A stretch of DNA of 64,000 nucleotides from Nageia nagi. Taxonomy: Eukaryota > Plantae > Pinophyta. How positions within the stretch are numbered: position 1 is the stretch's first letter; every line of letters starts with the position of its first letter. Of the stretch, positions 24,301 through 36,300 are shown in pieces. Position numbers and translations under genes: made by a program. The notes under the pieces are model-generated. The model had not been told where the DNA came from and searched no databases. It saw only the letters and a list, made by a program, of their open reading frames with translations. Location of the stretch: contig JBITNC010000001.1 in assembly GCA_050084985.1 (NCBI GenBank), positions 190,836,001 through 190,900,000 of the forward strand. Direction: 5' to 3'.

Positions 24301-27300
24301 TGTCTTAATTGGTAGGATGAATCCTAGGTTCAATGATATGGATCAAGTGGTAGGCATTGAGAGTTGTCAATAAACCCATCACCATTGGAGGGTCGGGATT
24401 CGATGGCACATTTCATAGGAGGGAAAAGTCCCCTCGTAAGCAGCTCGCTACCAAGGTCACCAAGAACCCTGCTCCTACCCTTGACAGAGTGAAGAAGCCC
24501 CACAAGTTCAAGCCTGACACCATTTCCCTCTACGAGAATAGGAAGCACTAGAAGAGCATCGAGCTCCTCATCATGAAGCTCTCCTTCCAAAGACTTCAAG
24601 ATCGATCTCTGCTTCTAGGGCTCTACGATGGCTGCACTGGAAGAGGCTTAAGATGCATATCTAGCATGCCTTTTTGAGAATACCAATCTTTGTGCCATCC
24701 ATGCCAAGAGGGTGACTATCATGCCCAAGGATATTCAGATCACCTGCCACATCCAAAGTGAGAGGGCTTGAAAGCCTTCTTGCTATTTCATTTCCATTAC
24801 AGTGTGTTTCTATGCTACCATCTTCTCCATGTGGAGTATGTGGTCTGGGCCTTGTTTTTCTCCTTGTTATTTGTCTTTTGTCTTCATCATGTTACAATTT
24901 TTGTAGTTATTTATTAATCTTTTGAGTATAAAAATCAATGGGTGTTCTACAAGCATTCTAGAGTTACAACTAGGGATAGGAGAACCTGCATGTTGTGTGG
25001 TCTATTCGTCTGTAAACAATGAGATGACTTGCAAATTTTCTTTTTTCTTTTAATAATATAGAACCCACTATGTTTAAAATAATTTAAGTAGTATATAAAT
25101 GTATGCGATTAATGAGTGAATGAAGGAACTTGCTCTCTGGAAGGGCATTGTTGGCAATGCAGGGTTGCAGGAGTTGAATACATGTTGAAGAGCGTAGAGA
25201 GTTGTCTACCTGTATTTGTAGTAAGCAAAATGCACATTGCGTGTTTCAACCTCCCATCATGACAGAGTTGAGTGAGATTGATATTCATATCATTTTGGTA
25301 GGCAAGTGATGAGATTGACTGAAAACGCGAGCAACAAAAGACCAATACCTTCAAAAGCAAAGAAGGTAGAGGTGGTCTTATGGTTATCTATTTCTATCTC
25401 TGTTAATATATGATTTCGATTGCAAAGAGTGGAGGATTTATATTAAGTTAAAGGTTCACGAAATGAAGGAATTAATGATCAAAATGAAGGAAGTGAGGAT
25501 TTTGGGGTGAGGTTTAATCAGAAATAGTTTGTATTATAATCGTTGTTCACTGGAATAATATATTTGTTGTAGCTGTATATTCCCTGTTCACTGTAATATC
25601 TTATATACACTATACCATCTACTTGCTGTGACTGTATTTTTGCTATTCCCTGTAATATATATCAAGAATGCAGTACACACACAAATTAAATTCTCTGTAA
25701 ATATATTCATTGTTCTCAAATGAATATATGGTTATATGGCTTTGATTGGTACACGTTACTAGTTATATGTTGTGGTTGTATATTCACCTTAATACATATA
25801 CAAACTAAATTCATTTTAATATATTCGTTGTTCTCAAATAAATACATGGTTGTGTGGCTTCTTAGTACATGTTATCAGAGTAATTTGAATGTTGTTATGA
25901 GATTAATGACATATTATTTAATGTAAAAGTTCACCCTATGACCTTTAATGTAATATTATAGTTTTTCCTTTGATTAATTGATTATATATAGATGTTTATT
26001 TAGGTATTGAGATTTTACTCTTTTGTTTTTTATTGAAATAAGTGAAAAAGGATATATTTGTAAGTTTGTAGGAGTTATCTACATTTTATTTTATTTTTTA
26101 ATCTTTTACGTATTATCAACTCATTTGGAATGGGATATATATATGTTAGTTTGCTGAATTTATCTATATTTTATTTTAATTTTTAATCGATAAATTCTTT
26201 TGTAATTTAAAATTAAGGATAATGCTTATTATAGGAAATGAAATAAATGTATTTTATTTTCTAAGCATCAAAATGTTAAAATAAAATTTGAAATAAATTA
26301 AACGTTGAAATAAACAAGTTAGAATGAAATTTGATTTTTTTTTTGGAAATAAAATAAAATAACTATAATGAATAAAATAATAAAAATGAATATAAAAATA
26401 ATACTTGTAATGTAAAAATCAAGGTTGGAAAACTTGGACTCGGGAATTACTTGGTCCAAAAAAATTTCGTGAGTTCTCGGCAACTCGGAGAGTACTTGGA
26501 AAAAAACTCGACACTAAAACTCTGCAAAAAAAAAAACACAAACATTTTATGAAAAAAACATACAAAAACATATTTAAATGCGGAATTAGAGAGCTGCAAT
26601 GATCATTGATTGTTTGTGATCATTAATGATCATCAAAAATAATACATACAACAAATTATTGTCGCGAATCATGAGTCATAAGAGTACTAGTGCTGCAATA
26701 AAAAGTAAATACTAAAAAGTGAAAACTGATCTAGACTCTAATGTGTAGGACTCTAAGAGTCTAAGACTCTAAAGTACTACTAGTGCTACTATGCAACAAT
26801 GTCCTCTTTCCCCTCGCCCTCTTATATGTCCTCGGCTCACTCCTCACAATAGGTGGTGGTTGTATGTACTCATCTTGAATAAGATTCTTAACATCAAGTA
26901 TGTACTCATCCTTGTATTGATCCTCATCCTCATCCTCATCCTCATACTCAAGCTCAGGCTCAGGCTTAGGCTCGATGTGAATTGTAGCTGCTTCCCTAGA
27001 TTTACCTTCACTTGCTCTAGATGTACCTTCACCATCATGTTCTGCCTCCCTCTCAAGTCGCTCAATGTCCGCCTTAGTGAAGATAGGTTGTGTATCTTCA
27101 GCAACCCACTCTACTAATGGATCCATAGAATCAAGGTCAATGGCATCATAGCAATCAGCGCCCTCCACCTTTCTGACATGAAGGCGAAGATTGTATTGGA
27201 CAAACACAAGGTCATTCAGGCACTGTTGGCTCAACCTGTTGTGTCTCTTGGTGTGAATGCTCTCAAACATGGACCAATTGAGCTCACACCAAGAAGACCT

Positions 27301-30300
27301 ACAAGGCTGACTCAATATCCTCACTGACATCCTTTGAAGATTCGAACATCGAGCACCATTATCTTCCCACCATAAATCTACAAAAACTCAATCTAATTCA
27401 AGATTTTATAAAATTGAAAATACTAAATTCTAAGAAAGTTAATAATTGATGAAATCATGAAAGAACCCTCCCATTTACTTGGTTGCAAGGTTGTCGTTGA
27501 CATTTTACAAATAATTGATGAAAGAACCCTTCCATCGGCCTTCTTGTAGACTTGCATCTCATTTGTACAAAGAGCTCTAAGGTTATCATTAGGTATCATC
27601 CTCTCCATGCAAGTATAGAGGCCATCCATAACCTTAGTATCGACCTCAAATTTATTAGAATTAAAAAACTTGGGGTTGAAGTAGTAACCCGCTGCATGTA
27701 AATGTCTATGGAGATGATAGGTCCATCTCTTATCAATGATTCTCTCAAGTTGCTCCAATTTATTTCTATTTCGTTTATACATGCTTTGGACAGCCCCATT
27801 TGCCCTATCCATGGCCTTATACAAATAGCCCATCGGCAACAAATCACCATCTACAAGATGAAGAACCTTGACCTAAGGTTCTGTGACTTAGAAATCATAA
27901 ATAAAACAAATTTAGATTTACAAAATACAAAGTTAGAAACTACAAACTTGCAAAGTCACAAACTTAAAATTGAAAAATCAAAAAACATAAAAGAAAGAAT
28001 TTAAATTACCTTCAAGACCTCCTCAACACCCTTCCAAAAGAAGTCGTCAAACACTATATTTTGTACCTTCTCCCCATCATCACGTTGACGAAAATAAGAC
28101 TCCCTCCATTTATCACTCATAAACATCCTCTTAAGAGGAGCTTCTGCTTCAAAGAGGCTTTGTAATGCAAGAAAATTGGAGGCAAATCTAGTGATACCTA
28201 GACGAATAATCTCCTTGCCACCTATGTGTTCTCTCATCAAACTAAGAACCCAAGTGTGGTTGTAAATGAATTTGGTAATTATTTTTGCTTCTTCAACCAC
28301 GCTTTTAATCCATGTAAGCTTGTCCATGTCTTCTAGCATAAGGTCAATCACATGGGCTCCAAAATAAGGTTTTGTACTTCCTCTCAAGCATTTTTCCTGT
28401 TGAAACATATGTTGAAGCGTTGTCCGTCATAACTTGGACAACATTCTCCACACCCACTTCCAACACCACTTCCTCAAGGAATTTGAAAAGCAATTCTGCA
28501 TCTTTTACCTTATCCGATGTATCAATAGACTTCAAGAATACCATTGATCCACTTGATGCCACCATGAAGTTGAGGAGTGTATGGTTTTTCGTATTTGTCT
28601 ATCCATTTGACATAATAGTGCATCTATGTTTGCGCCAATTCTTTCTTTGCTCATCTAATAGAGCACATTTGGTAACAACTGCATCCTCAAGCAAAGGACC
28701 ACTGAAATCCTTTGTGGTAGGGGCCTTCATCCCTCTTCCACCATTGATGAATGCATTCACCATGGCCTCCCAATAAGAACTACTTGCAACATTAAAAGGA
28801 AAGTTGCAATAGTACCAAAAATTTGCAGCTGCTGCTCGGGCTACTTGGATTTTTTCTTTTCCCCATGCTATAGTGTCAAAAGAAGGTTGTACCTCTATAT
28901 GAGCAGCAAAGAAACCATCCATGGTTGGATTCCTCATTAGAGCTACTTGTGATGTATTTTCATTTGATTGTGGATTTATGCGTAAGTAAAAATTTGATAC
29001 TGAATCTTCAAAGCTGATGTTCCCCCCAATCCCTACACCAATTGCCCTCTTGGTCTTTTGCTTTTCTATCTTTTGGTTTGTTTGTTTAGCAAGCAAGGTT
29101 TGCATCTCACGTGTGACCTCGAGAGGTGCAACATTACAAAGGATTACATCATGACCTAAAATCCTTGCAAGATGATATTTGAATCTATTGATACTACCCT
29201 TGCGACCTATTTTGCAATAATTGCATACCACTTCATTCGGAAGTTTACCCTTTTTGCTATGGTTCGAAGCAACATTTGTCCCTAGGGATGGCGCTGGGGG
29301 TTGAGGAGGAGGTGCATCTGCATGGCCCTCATATTCAGTTGACATCTGGAAAGTGCAAAAAGGTATAAAACCCATTAAAAACCCTAACCCTAAACCCTAA
29401 AAAGAAATCATAAAATATGCAAAAACGAAAAATACTCTTTTGAAGTATGGGCATTAACATAAACATAGGAAAAAAAAAAAATTCACGGTTAAAATTGGAA
29501 AAAAAAAACCCTACCTCCTCAAATGCACGGTGAGAATCGAAAAACTCTTAATTGGATTACTAAATCTTGTCAAATCTATGGTGAAATGCTTGAAATCCTT
29601 CGGAATGATGTTGATCCTTCAAATTCGTCACAAGCTGGCTTGGAGAGCAAAAAAGGGAGCAAATTGAATGAAATGAGCAAATGGAGGAGTGAAAATCGAT
29701 ATTGAAGCCAAACTGTGTTTTTTTTTGTAAAATTTCAAGGTCTATTTTGCATGTAGCCGAGTAATTGGCGGGTACTTGCAAGCAAGGACAGAGAGAAATC
29801 GGCAAAACTTGCTGGAAATCCGTCTGCGCTCGTTTTTGGATGTGTTTGGAGCTCTGTTTTAGCGGATGGCGGTTTCTTGGCGGGAAATCGCGGATTCGAT
29901 GACGGATTACTCGACAAGTTATCGACAAAACTCAGGAATGCTGGATTTTATGCCTGCCCGACCCGTTTCATCTCTTGCTAGCGGGTTCTCGTGGAAATCC
30001 GGCGATTGCTCGCAATTTTTTGAACCATGGTTTAAATAGATAAACAATTTATTTGAACTTTAAAAAAATCATTATTATAATAAATATGAATTACGTTAGA
30101 TATCGTAGATCTATATCTCAAAATATAGAGGTACGAGTTACCAATGTTAATTGTGATATAAATTGTTATCAATGTTACACTTTGGAAATTTTTCGTTTTT
30201 AGGGATTGCCTTTTTTTCTATATTTTTTTTCTTAGACTTTTGGAATCGACATCTCCACTATACACACTTCTACGAGAACAGCCAACTTATAAATCGGAAT

Positions 30301-33300
30301 CGCTTTTGTTTATATAATTAAAAATTATAATTTTTTCTTAAAATGAACCCTGCTTCCATCAATTATTCACAAACATGATTTCAAATTTACCATTAATCGG
30401 TACTATTTACAGAATGGAAGGCTTTTATACTCGAGAACTGAACTTCTATCAGCTACCTATACATGCTTGCACATTGTGCACCCACGTTCTTGTTATGTAT
30501 GCAATTGACTATTCCTGTATTTTTTAATGGCTTCAAGATCTAGAATATAAAGAAGTCAAATATATAGCTAGGTGTCAAAACAGATGTCGTACAGTAAAGC
30601 AAATGCTATGGCATAAAATAGCTGTTGGTAGTTAACTAAGGAGAGAGTACTTTGTAGACTAGTCTCTGCCTTTAAATGTTATTATTTATATGTTTTCCTA
30701 GTTGTATCTTTTTATATAAGTGATCTATTTAAGCAGTTAATCCATGATGAATTGAAAAGGAAGGTCCTTGTTTATTCTGTAGTTTTGAAATGTAAATGCA
30801 TTGAATAGGCTGTGGCAAGTGAGGGTGGGACTGATGAAGCTAAAAGAAGGGGAGATGCTTTTGCCCGTGCGTTTCGTGCTCACCTTGCAAGGTATGGGTT
30901 CTGCTAGTAGTAGATGTTATTAAAGTGCAGTATCAATAGTACATCACACAGGTAACAATGGGAGTTTCTAATGCGTGGTAAGGTATTAACCAGACTTGAA
31001 TGTGTTGCAGACTGTCTGGAACATAATCTCAATAACTGTAAATTTGTTTACCGATTTAAATGTATTACCAGTCTATGAAAATCATTTCAATATTTTTGAT
31101 TTAAAGATAACTAGCAATATATTCTTGGAATTCTTTAAATCATTAGAATTAATTATCGGAAAAAATTGCATTCCTTATGGACTGCCATAACTTTTTTTGA
31201 GTTAGTTTAATTTGCTTGCGGGAGCAAAATATTGGCTTTAAATAATGAATGCACATACTTCATTATCCATGTGTAATAAGGTGGATGACCTATTCTTCTA
31301 AAATTTGCATTATGACTAATCTGCAGGTTAATGGAAGAACCTGCAGCATATGGCAAGTTTGGTCTTGCAAATCTCTTGGAGCTCAGGGAGGAGTGTTTGA
31401 GAGAATTTCAGTTCTCAGATGCATACAAAACAATTAAACAAAGGTTGGTTAGATTTTCATGCTGTAGGAAATTTTGCAATATTTGAGAGAATTTCACTTT
31501 TCATTAAACAAAGGTTTGTAAGATTCGTGGTATAGGAAAATTTGATTACTATCAATTTAATCTCAAACATATGCATATTTTTTGCAAGTGATGTTTCTCT
31601 CACATTTGCAGTTCATGTTTTGCATGATCTGTTGAGATGCTTAATATGTTTTCCTTTTTGTGTTTTGGTTATGTGTATGTGAGTGTGTATGTTTCTCAGA
31701 TGGGGGAAGAGTAATGAGGCATCCCTCAAAACAGTCAGTATGCACATTTACTATCAAGGGAAGTTGGAATTAAAGGTGGGCTTTTAAAGGGGTACTTGAT
31801 CAGAGATCACCCTATGAAAAGCTATGAACCTACAGTAATATACCCTGTTTGCATCATATAATTACGGGTTGTCCTGTCAATATCAAACTAATTCACATTA
31901 TACCAACTAGGCTTTTATTAAAACTTAAAGAATGCATTTGTGCACATTGCGATGGATGAGTCAGTCTTACTGCAATTCAAATACATCTTGGATTCCTTTT
32001 ATAATTTAGTGAACTAAACACATCTGAATCCTAATAAAATTTCAGATTGTGTTAAGTAATATGACTTGTGAAGTTGAATTGGTAAATAGTAAATGCAAAG
32101 TGTAAATACTCTAAGTAAAAGTGGCTCTAACCCTAGCTAAAATTCTGAAATTAGGTTCTGAAATCTACCTGCAATATTCAGATCTGAAATTTCTCAGGAA
32201 AATGCACCAACATAACAATAAATGACCACTAATCCACCACCGAAAATTTATTTAATTTTTTTGGAATGAGGGTTACAAAGATCAGCCAAATGGGTGCTCA
32301 GAAATGACCTCAGATTTTGCAACCAGCTTCTCCCAAGCTGGACATCCTCTTTCTATGGCTAGAATATGCCACCAAAACCCTCAAACCTGCCTTGGAAAGC
32401 CACCTATTTTTGCAAAGGCAATAAGGTGCATTGTCTTGAGATTGGCTTTTGGTGACGAATAGTTCATTCTGAAGAGTGCAAACATGATATGAGGGAGTGA
32501 TTCAAGGAGATCATGCGACAAAGACCTTGAAGAGTATCAGAGTATTCAGCCGTCAGTTTTGCAACCAAGGAGCCAAGATTTGAGAGCTATTGACAGAGTA
32601 GGAATTTTTGGCTCTAGAATGAGATCAGTAGAGATGGGGTCGTTTTGGGTCAAGTTTGAGCCTAGCAAGCATAACCAAAAGAAGTGTTTTGGTCACTTTG
32701 GGTCCGAAAAGCTGGAAAATGGTCAGTGTCACAGAAAAACGTGTTTTGCTCAATTTTGAGCCTAGAAGTGGTCAGTATGGTAAGAATGTGCGTTTTTGCA
32801 CAGTTTGAGCTTGGAATGCTTAGAAATGACCAAAAATGCAAAGTTGCGTTCAAAGTGCTCAGAAATGCCTAGAAATGTTCATTTTTGCACATCTTGAGTT
32901 CGAAAAGGCCAGAAATGTAGACTTTGACCTTGAAATGTCGGAAATTGTCGGAAATGCACTGTTTGGGCCCGTAAAAGATGGGGAAGGCTGAGAACGTATA
33001 GTATAGCTCGGAATGGATTGAAAAAGCAAGTTTGAGCACCCCTTGGGGGGTAAAATAATATAAATGAGCGTTTTGGCATCCGAGAAGCATCGGGTTGAGC
33101 CCGGAAAAATGAGTTTTTTCAAAATGCTCGAAATGAAAATCTGAGAGAGACATGTGGTGCCAAATGATAAATTAAGGTCACTTTGCTCTTGGAAATGTTG
33201 AAAAAACTCGAGTTTTGACCTCTGAAAATCTAGGGGGGAGTTTTGCAAGTTTTTCCTCACTTCATCAAATCTCGAAAATGGCCTAAAAAATTCAAAACCT

Positions 33301-36300
33301 GTGCCTACCTTTTGGGAGGCTCAAATTGAGTCAAAAGTGGAATTTTTTGAGCTTGGGAGTGTAGAGATTGTGATTCTACATCAAATTGGTCTTTCAAGTT
33401 TACAATTTCGATGAGTTTTGCTCCACTAAAAGTGGAAAAAATAGGAAAATGAGCAAAAAGGAGAAAAGGACAGCCAATAGAATGCTTCAAGTTTTCCAAA
33501 ATTTCAAAAAATGTCAAAATGAAAATCTAAGAAAGAGGTAGGGTGGCAAATCAAAAATTAGGCATCTTTCCTCTTGGAATTTTCGAAATTGGACAAATTT
33601 TTCCCCTCCTAGAGTTAGGCACTGGTTTTGTGTGTTTTCCTTCATTTTCTCAAATTTCTAGAACTCCCCAAAAGCCCAAAACCTGAGCCTACCCTTCTTG
33701 CACCCTAAAATTGCAAAAAATTGAAAATTCTGATCTTCATGGGGTGTGGGATGGGATTTCACACAAGTTTGATGATTGAGTTTTCCGAAAAACTGAGATT
33801 TACTTCCCCAAATTATCAAAATTTGATCAGCCAATGAGAGAGCTCCAAAAATTTTCCAAATTCTCCAAAGTTGGCCAAATAAAAAAAGAAGAATGAGGTA
33901 GGGTAGCAAATCCCAATGTGAGCAACATTGGCTCTTGCAATTTTGCAAAAAAATCAAATTTTGCCCCTCGAAAACCTAGGCGGCAGTTTTGGCTGATTTC
34001 CCTCAACTTCCCAAATTTCCAAGTTGGCCTAAATGTCCCAAAACCTGTGCCAAGCTTGGAAAGGCTCAAAAATGCTCCAAAATTGAAATTTTTGGTCCTA
34101 GAAGCATGGAAAATCCAATTTTGAACAAGTTTCCTGTTTTAAGTTTTTGAAAAAAAGTGGATCTACTCCCTCAAAATCACAAAATTTGAATCAGCCAATG
34201 GGAGAGCTTGAAAATTTTCCAAATTTTCCAAAATTGTCAAAATCAAAATTGGAGAGAAAGGGAGGGTGGCAAATCAAATTCTAAGCATCTTTGCCTCTTG
34301 CAAGTTTGTAAAAAAACTCAAGTTTTTCCTTCCAAAAAGTTAGGGAGGAGTTTTGAAAGTTTTGGGCCTTTTCACCAAAGTTCCAAACTTGTCCAAAACC
34401 TTCAAAACCTGCGCCTAGCATCAAGGGGGCTTAAAAGTTGTCAAAAGTGGAATTTGTGAGCTTCATGGGGTGCAAAATTCAATTCTACACCATCTTGGTC
34501 TTCCAAGTGCTTGATTTGGACAAGAAAAACTCCTCCAATCATGGATTTGCCCTCCCAAAATGGAGAAAATCAGAAAAAAAGAGAAAAAGAAGAGAAAACT
34601 TCAAATCTTCAAAATTGTGACTCAAGATCCAAAATTTTAAAAATCAATTTTGATGATTGATTTGGGTACCCATTTCCATTGTGATGAAAAGTGATTTGGA
34701 TTCAAAAAAGTGAAGAAAAACACAAAAAAATCTCAAGATCCAAGATCTGAAGGCTGAAAATGTTGATTCTTTTTTAGAGAAAAAAAGAAATTTGGAGATC
34801 ATGTGTGGAATAAGGATTCAAACACTTTGGCTTTTGAAATTTTTCAAAAAAGAGGAAAATCATGTCCATTATGCCTAGGCGCTCATGTTCCAAGTTTTCC
34901 CACCTTTGGCTTTTCTTTTCAACATTGGGAATGAGTAAAAAACTCCAAAAATGCAAAAACACCTTATGAAGCCCCCAAAATGCCCCCTCATGAAAAAGCC
35001 CCAAATTCGATGCAAAAAGGCTCCAAATCCTCTCAAAATTTCCCAAGAACCTTAAAATCCCATCTTTCATTCATCCATGGGGTCAAATCCACTTTTTAAA
35101 ATTTTTCCAAATTTCGAACCCCATCTTTTCCAAACAATAGACCAATATTTCACTTTTTCGGAAAATTTTCTTAGAATTCCTGGAAAATTTGCTAGAATGA
35201 TCACATCAAGGGCAAATCCAGACTAAAGAAAGAAGGAGCTCAAAAGATAGACGAACAGATTTAGAACGGCGATTTGAAGCTCCAAATTTTACCAAATTGA
35301 TGCGATGAGTATTGTTCTCCCACTAAACGATATTGTAATCTCAATTTAGCATTTTAGTGTTTTTCTAGAGATTAGGGCAACACTTGAAAATTTGACCTAA
35401 TTTTGCCTATAAATAAGAGGCATGGGGTCTCATTTTCACTAGAGCTCATTTTGTGAAAAAAGTGAAACTTTTGTAAGAGAGGAGCAAATTGATGTATCCT
35501 TGCACAACTCTTTTACAAGTTAATACATAGTGGTTAAGGCAAAGATCGAGCTTGTTTATCCATTTGTGGTGTTGTGGATTGTTTCTTAAGGATTATCATT
35601 GTTCGTTTGACACTTTCGCATCCTTCCTTTGAAAACTCATGAGTTATAGGGAAAGTATCATTGCTTTATTTTTCTAAAGTGTTGGAAATCAACTTTTGAC
35701 AGTTGCTTGGTTCATATCACGCACTAGATGAGGTATTTTGAATCTATTTCCTGTTTTATAACATCCAACTAGAGGTTTACATCCAAACTCTTATTCTTTC
35801 CACATCCTTCCACCACATCCATTTGGCTGCATCGGTCCTGCTTGCAGAGCACCGACGATCGGCATTCCTACCCGCTCCTCTTTGGAACAACTCGAACATA
35901 GTTGTTTGTTTGCAAAGTTGGATGAATTGGATGAAATCCCTAAACTGATCTGAAAAGGATGAACTTTTTAGACAACGCTTCATCTTGGTGACTTGTTTGG
36001 TATCTGACCAAGTATCCATTTCCGTTTCACAAGTGTAGTCTCTCACTTCACAATATTTTATTTATGCTTTCTTTATGCTTTCAAAACCAAATACAATTGT
36101 TAAGTCCACACACAGATATTTCGAATAAACTCTATACATCAAATAAAACAACATTGGTTAACAAACTACTACCTCTCATTCCATTCCATTGAGGTTGATT
36201 TCAAAGAGGGATACCATACATTCTTTATCTATCCCTAGACTAGAAACACTTTCCCAAGCACCCGATTCGCTTGGCAAGCATACCTACAACGTCAAAACGT

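Larger units (their letters stand above)
25387..30492 (+). mobile_element. Possible AT-rich non-autonomous Helitron hosting the hAT element
   Basis: A|TCTATTTCTATC start. Degenerate hairpin CATGCTTGCAC-ATT-GTGCACCCACG followed by TTCTTG|T (CTAG-like). Confidence 0.3.

Noticed and set aside
24357-24551. Functional histone H3 variant or CENH3
   Set aside because: Internal stops, a frameshifting deletion in the histone fold and many transitions show it is a pseudogene.
29378-29402. Telomere-like AAACCCTAACCCTAAACCCTAA
   Set aside because: Only three units, inside the hAT 5' region; a telo-box-like motif, not an interstitial telomere.
31699-31730. AATGAGGCATCCCT (NEASL) after a CAG, resembling the start of exon 49276
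   Set aside because: Only 12/14 nt of similarity with no continuation; compatible with chance.
32559-35070. Many K/F-rich ORFs here and at 18469-19918 and 58133-61430
   Set aside because: By-products of A/T-tract repeats poor in stop codons; not conserved in frame between copies.
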